Origin: a virus
Taxonomy: Duplodnaviria; Caudoviricetes
Reading direction: 5' to 3' (one strand)
IMG/VR virus record: IMGVR_UViG_3300027969_000104
Location: 1-62,523 of that record
Length of the DNA stretch: 62,523 nucleotides
The notes beneath the pieces are model-generated. The model was not told where the DNA came from and searched no databases. It was given only the letters and a program-made list of their open reading frames with translations. Below are positions 61,401 through 62,523 of the stretch, one piece after another (the stretch's first letter is position 1; the number at the start of each line of letters is the position of its first letter). The position numbers were made by a program, and so were the translations under genes.

Positions 61401-61716
61401 TGACAGTACTACGTTTGACGAGGGTGATGACACTGGAGAAACTTTATCATTTGATTATGGATTTGCTGGCAATCAAGAAGCAATTCAAGTATATGTTGCA
61501 GGAGAATTGCAAACTAGTGGATATTCTATAACAAATATAGATCCAGTTGTGGTATCGTTTAATACTCCACCAGCTGATGGATCAGAAATAACTATACTCG
61601 TGAAATTTGGGTCAACCTGGTATGCTCCCGGAGTTAATCCTCCAACCGCGTCAAATGGTGTTCCATTGCAAGAAACAAATACGGTTCCTGCTCTGTTTTT
61701 ACGGGGATTAAATTAA
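46408..61716 (+). CDS. Giant (5102 aa) baseplate/virion structural protein (positional gp7 analogue)
   Basis: Uninterrupted ORF coupled to gp6 (TAATG); FG-GAP-like repeats, Ig-like and carbohydrate-binding-like modules, EVKPYH motif. Confidence 0.75.
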   Translation: MAAKIRSVDFLPEIFQTPVNTQFLTATLDQLIQEPKYKQTQGFIGRKVGPGVIPSDGYVIEPNATRNNYQLEPGVVSIDPITLKINDAITYPGIINALNTQGGITEQADRLFESEYYTWDPFVDFDKYNNYSQYYWLPDGPDLVTVAPTSIPTEQTFNVTRSNGAYTFTDYSGNNPALTLVRNGKYKFVIAQNTPATIEYRVTNRGTSSWTINSVANPTLTLIRGNTYVFNLVQTVNLAFYIKTQPSFGTTNLWSDGVTNNGAGEGLVTFTVPQNAPDTLYYSNDLEFNLRGQFDIISAEPGTGPDFWIQSAPGVDGKLPSSRNISSRDVLGVSNNGTDLGTVTFNVPDVSAQNFYYSMPYIGYPTATTGVVDLICDNIQFDQINGITVEQFLATYPDGIDGITNLNGRTLVFPTQSSDPAPGGWYNVQPFDPLLTGQNFQVGSYDTTGFAEAIPITDPAVQASLWQIQYVNKGGVDFIQLNSIFSIADLTQFIVSFGSQYVNTQWYKNSSGFFTQMPLLTAALPRLYYQDSEDPSIFGVINLIDGNINPSIPALAISGLSASGTEVTLSFSEQTSAPYSIGSTIIVSEITPTGYNGNYTVLDCTTTSVTYASTYTGTYSTGGVINSVSINSYINVETDILGQLNYTSPNGITFTNGLKIIFKGNVFPTSYVNNTYYVQGVGSGIKLILASNLIAVEPYANDDSGQPVVPDYITISIASLDLNPWTRSNRWFHVDVIDAAAAYNNVTPSYTGLQRAARPILEFRAGTKLFNFGTEGLPAVNVIDFTQTNALLNVNGQLGYGVNGYEFVQGSLVIFAADSNADVRNQIFTVNFIVPDPETTTVPIIDLVPTSYSPVSFNQTTVCLNGLTLPVTSASGTGTSVTLNFTPRSSIPYVVGQSISVSEILPASYNGNYIVTACTTFSVSFASNTTATYISGGTIGVQGQSFYYNGTTWVDSQQKNSVNQAPLFDVFDSSGYSFSDSTIYPSSNFTGCKLLSYAENPNNPVDSVLGIPLDFYGINNIGDILFTNNLYTDTFIYTPAETSGVTVDVSSGFVYQYSDRVTFSLEIGWQIAAIPSLPRQQFQFTYDGQPLQLDIVIETTLDVPPVQVFINDVYQLPSSYTLLIDTTTNVSTITLNGTGYVDGDIIEVLAYSQQVSEYGFYEVPVNLENNPFNGNSKQFSLGTVRQHYATICQNLVDLNGPINGRNNTRDLGNISPYGQLILQQSSPLTLAGFFLRNINYDIFASLEYNSREYIKYKNKLLTEVTRLDLNGSETVPQILDLVIYRITKSLTSSDSFYWSDMLPVGTNYTTTTTTVNPITTQTFNTTQVYDFKSSNYLGLLVYVNNVLLLRGTEYTVSTDAAKLTILISLNIGDVVTINEYPTTVASWCPNTPSKMGLYPKYTPSIYVDDTYLEPTVVIQGHDGSITIAFGDIRDQVLFEFEKRIYDNIKVDDNPIPLSTDQVNPDFYPAQTTALLPGYFRKTPYTYQEINQIMNEDFLSWVGQNKLNYTTQDYIASNPFTYNYSQAANRIDQAAFLQGNWRGIYRYFYDTETPNSTPWEMLGFTEEPAWWIIRYGPAPYTSGNTVLWDDLEAGIVSNPAGPYILPEYIRPGLASIIPAGPEGELLSPIDCIVGLNDPYGFKQSWAAGDGGPVQASWWNSSSYPFAIMRLLALTKPAQFFSLFADRDLYRYNTTLGQYLLNNRYRLDAAGVQVYGDGVSKASYINWIVDYNQRSGVNSTKKLTEALANLDVRLCYRMASFSDPAYVRLFTERSGPNSTNNSLEIPSSSYELLFYKNQPFGQITYSSVIVQVEQLENGGIGYGVYGYSNVQPYFDILVSSPVGAYQTLTAGNTTVQIPSQYTDNIRQIPYGYVFTSPSSVCDFLLSYGAYLESQGLIFSDRYNGYTLDWKQMAQEFLYFGAQGWQPNTMINLNPSATTIVASRPVSIVDTIASVTPENMLLDQNRFALDVSNMVVNRINNLFSVTTTTGQTINFLTLKFTNYEDMIVLNNTTQFNDLIYDPITAARQVRLTLIASTSTEWDGQLNAQGFILNLNNVKEWQPYTKYTKGEMVLYKNTYWQALIIVDPSEVFNYANWIKSDYQAIDNGLLPNLANKANQLVDTYNVYQANLTSDNDLFAFGLIGFRPRPYMTNMNLNGVTQVQLYQQFIGTKGTVRAAEIFNLANLNAKESGDYNVYENWGILAGTYGAQANKSFVEFQLNEAKLSYNPSTIQVINPGQTSDANQTLYLDNLWKESFNITSTDILPTIYENGSLPAALPSAGFVCLEDVDITVFSLKDPTDIDKNIDNIGIGTYIWIAKINTHDWGVYRVAGVPGNITQISNNLNDTSIVQFNAYHGLSVADLIIVKYFDDEVNGVYRVLAVPTPTTIIVAFSFNNYNVSTITGSGLAFQLQNARVKQASDISTLPYVNSLIPGEKAWVDNDGTGHWQTVEKQNVFGTDLVIRPGFTANARYGASVAQAESGVAALVGAPGTNRILTYFRGVISYYQYNDSLALGAIDTDNFGNTISFGNSDWAIAGANTSLSNMGYAAVIYRNPNVNSFSITQLLVPPDQNFDPIGFGTSGAISKDEQWMYIGAPGANVVYAYEKVVVEDQSVSYSTIFSVLSYNYSSEIQINYLYPNQLLVTLNNDVLAEGIDYILDQNNVILTYIPGNEQTLLISRNTSTILDVQRYDGIEQDSSSGIGFGAVFTIYNSRGIYTANLTANGEGYNVGDTLLIYGTQLGGTSPANDLEITVTSVLSSGQLFGFNISGTGVYSNSVFALNTSLYNATSIETFAVTVNQDFQRPYFDYTFDPTTTELTFITIPPENAVITVTTPTYWQYVTNITSPSSLEGDNFGSSVSTTTDGSQIFIGAPNATSNGIDNAGVVYAFDRSVVRFIVSNPDQMTYDIPGTINSPISVNVNEIFLLSTSQSLNGQYSISGNTVTFVNITFNYGDIIEFGTNQFVQIQELVSSTENESANFGSAMDVCPLSCSLYIGAPFDSTYIDEAGSVDRLANQSRLYGVTTTTIANPILTPYTTIRINNSIVSVPPSPNASINGLVEAINQAGIPNVVAFPTVDLYFIGDGVTQTFNIGSLYTNTSSYNTVVYVNNLLQLVGTNYSYDPSTETINFLIPPASNETITVVSGRLTISVQNATAGTKNNLLTVSPGVTSSAFDTLGFETLVFTQQILSPAPTFNAQFGSSLSIDSSAINLIVGAPNGNVYEPTIFDGGRTYFDDNSTIFYNPINNGGVAYTYDYFLSSTSNINNPGKFAFGQQIYNDVIETGNFFGTSVDYTNNTLMVGATGGVPSNTTNLGYVVVYNNTNNSPAWVPIRTQQPVVDVYAINNVFSYSSNQAIGINDTVNGRNQTYFDFFDPLQGKILGIARRNIDYIGAVDPGQYNQGTVHNNGQPWGAEHIGQIWWDTDTVRFIDPNQDDIVYASRRWGTTFPGSRVDIYQWIESTTPPASYSGAGTPLSPTSYTIGSVLGANNVFVTLYYFWVRDIPTVAAGSGKTLSTMAISSYILDPRSSGLPYIAGLNSSTIAIYNAQNLLNATNTILNIGYDQKLNDDVVHQEYQIVTDGIADSFLNGNLYRKFLDSLCGIDTIGNIVPDPRLSPGMKYGVQFRPRQSMFDDRFTALENYLTRANNVLSQYPITETCSFNLLNASQPIPAADSGSWNFQVANLEVLGYQNLAGIPVGYKYLVLNDSDQQGRWTIYTVGANQTLTLTQVQSYDTSLYWYYVNWYLTGYNSSIAPVAAVQNYGQLSTLSLTTAPVGSSVRVVANGAGKWEIYLRIGVSPATGWQRVGLEDGTIAFKEELWNYSIGDFGFGAQTFDSQYYDQAPQVETRFIIRALNEEIYIEELLLERNSSLILMFNYIYSEFTNPSWLIKTSYVDVNHKIRSLLPYQSYLADNQDFVLDYFQEVKPYHVQVRQFNLIYTGDDNFQGDITDFDLPAYWNTALSSPQFVSPILTPYDQAITTNSSLASNTAPNAQIWLTPSLYSQWFNNYQLNVQGVTVINPGTGYTSVPVITFGTIWQANTAYSLGQQVYYDNNLYTVTVPGTSGSVEPTFTFGSSLDGSATLTYAGYPATGSCIINTYGGIISITITNPGKGYITDATVNITGGGLPSITISWTANLSVVSNSYIITPTNNIFQVTVAGTLGGVAPVGQENQTNGTVPLVFVGQIAQAKAVIGNPDGHSLVRTFNTTLKYDRYEYTSNIVEWTANTTYETDTQVRFDDIVWSANSTVTSTVFDPEQWTQVDAGTLSGVNRTMGYYVSTVNTPGLSLPLLVDGVEYPGVQVSGLNFSQDTGFDRGNFDINPFDNFSLDANGLPTYDLNVLDTIFESSYLDPYLGTRPSDINIDGGKYIDVFESHAPEELVPGIEFDTLDMRVYTTPGADWGRNGHGFNQGVVQVIYDSTIPTISFANLVTYPFDLEITNATQRYNLVEGLDYTVDWPNLTFTVLSSSTLVINSDQLGVYVYELGGGNQLFKDTYLGDEFSDVLTVPVEYDLLLPDDNGFAIFVNGNYLSNANYSYIAGTSFGTTTITFDSTYTSIDFISLVAIGPTTIDSVTTEYSWSLPIAQSFTVTTSGQTVFDLDPSISLEYTNPVTAIVTVGGVTARGSAGIPYVGDGSTVAYILPQRIGVDSGDILKSNVSVYIDGILQNPTTYDLEVSDGFSSDSSVDYFSAGPFDLDAGVLYVLLDTAPANGAQIYIAVDSTAQYIIDPDAMTLTFIENTGITPFVGQVISVTTFNDTREQRLSTQIIVGPVGEGFAVQEGFDTTLFGDIFDGTIGVVIQTNNFVLYQAYTDISRPWVSLNGRTLTAQLDYTIEGNLLILNSGTIGVADTLIVTNVTNSVVPSAMAFRIFQDMRGVQATYRITPNSTTAVAQEVDQNDDIIHVADASRLSIPNFAANIWGVVTINGERIMYREIDLISNTISSLLRGTAGTAAASHSVNAYVYDMGRGNLLSPEFQNYVESSSFLGNGTTSTYTTDVNVNYANFWENTEPFDSTTFDEGDDTGETLSFDYGFAGNQEAIQVYVAGELQTSGYSITNIDPVVVSFNTPPADGSEITILVKFGSTWYAPGVNPPTASNGVPLQETNTVPALFLRGLN

Positions 61717-61768
61717 GATAAATAACTGTAAGTTTTTACTCAGTTATAAATTTAATAAATAAAGAACA

Positions 61769-61906
61769 ATGCAAAATACAACATCTAACCAGAAACAAAC
61801 TAATCCTAGTAAACAGCCTACCGATACTGGATCTGTTGCAGTGGAAGCTTTTGTAAAGATATTTGATCCAAAAACACGAAAAGTATTCGTAGAGCAAAAA
61901 TCATGA
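61769..61906 (+). CDS. 45 aa microprotein resembling the N-terminus of the next gene
   Basis: Not in the track: MQNTTSNQKQTNPSKQPTDTGSVAVEAFVKIFDPKTRKVFVEQKS*; AATAAATA at 61754-61761; ATGA overlap with 61903. Confidence 0.7.
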   Translation: MQNTTSNQKQTNPSKQPTDTGSVAVEAFVKIFDPKTRKVFVEQKS

Positions 61907-62508
61907 TACAAACAGGTTTAGCAAAAATTGAAGGATTTATTAAAATTACAGATGCTGTAACAGGCGAAGTTTTAATTGATAAAAAGAACGCTATAAATTA
62001 CGAAAATATTTCAATTGCAATGGCAAACGCCTTAGCTGATCAAGGTACCGGCTGGATTTATACTATGGCTTTCGGCAATGGTGGCTCAGCAGTAGATCCC
62101 ACTGGTGTTATCACATATCTTCCACCTAATGTAGTAGGACAAAACGCTAGTTTGTATAACGAAACATATGCTCAGGTAGTAGATCAAAATTCATCTGATA
62201 ATTTAGATCCTGCTAATAATAACATGACAGTATTACATACTTCAGGCAATCCGTATACTGATATATTAGTATCATGTTTATTAGATTATGGTCAACCAGC
62301 CGGGCAACAAGCATTTGATAATAGTACCAATTTTAATGGTGAATATGTATTTGATGAATTAGGATTACAGTGCTGGAATGGTTCTTCCACTGATTTGTTT
62401 CTAATTACTCATGTTATTTTTCACCCAGTACAAAAGAGTTTGAACCGTCAAATACAAATTGATTATACTTTACGAATTCAAACTCTAACAAACTTAAGCG
62501 CCGCATAA
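61903..62508 (+). CDS. Baseplate/tail-fibre attachment structural protein
   Basis: MAFGNGG, FDELGL, ITHVIFHPVQKSLNR.IQIDYTLRI; end of the baseplate operon. Confidence 0.65.
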   Translation: MIQTGLAKIEGFIKITDAVTGEVLIDKKNAINYENISIAMANALADQGTGWIYTMAFGNGGSAVDPTGVITYLPPNVVGQNASLYNETYAQVVDQNSSDNLDPANNNMTVLHTSGNPYTDILVSCLLDYGQPAGQQAFDNSTNFNGEYVFDELGLQCWNGSSTDLFLITHVIFHPVQKSLNRQIQIDYTLRIQTLTNLSAA

Positions 62509-62523
62509 ATATGTATATATTAA

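Noticed and set aside
1-62523. Stop-codon reassignment
   Set aside because: Core genes are full length in the standard code; TGA (gp47) and TAG (gp26-like) act as stops

Overview
Segment of a large, AT-rich T4-like (myovirus-type) phage genome using the standard genetic code. From left to right: Gly/Asn/Ser/Thr-rich fibre and virion genes around a TPR-glycosyltransferase (1-12.8 kb); a probably capsid-packaged ADP-ribosyltransferase-like gene and an HNH/NUMOD3 homing endonuclease; the head module (gp23, gp22, gp21, core proteins, gp20 portal; minus strand); two tandem paralogous tape-measure-like genes carrying different cell-wall hydrolase domains; a gp26/gp51-like pair joined by a candidate -1 frameshift; a ~650 nt non-coding region directly behind a small GIY-YIG nuclease gene; gp46/gp47/gp55; and the baseplate operon (gp53, gp5, gp25, gp6, a 5102 aa giant protein). 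The most striking unexplained element is the non-coding region 29.33-29.97 kb. It folds on the minus strand as a large multi-helix RNA (GNRA loops, G-U wobbles), starts with short iterated motifs and ends in GCGAAGC/pas-like hairpins: either a nuclease-associated large ncRNA or an RNA-primed origin. Many late promoters (nnTAAATA) sit 5-7 nt from start codons, implying leaderless mRNAs. All product calls come from motif recognition and gene context; no database search or folding program was run.
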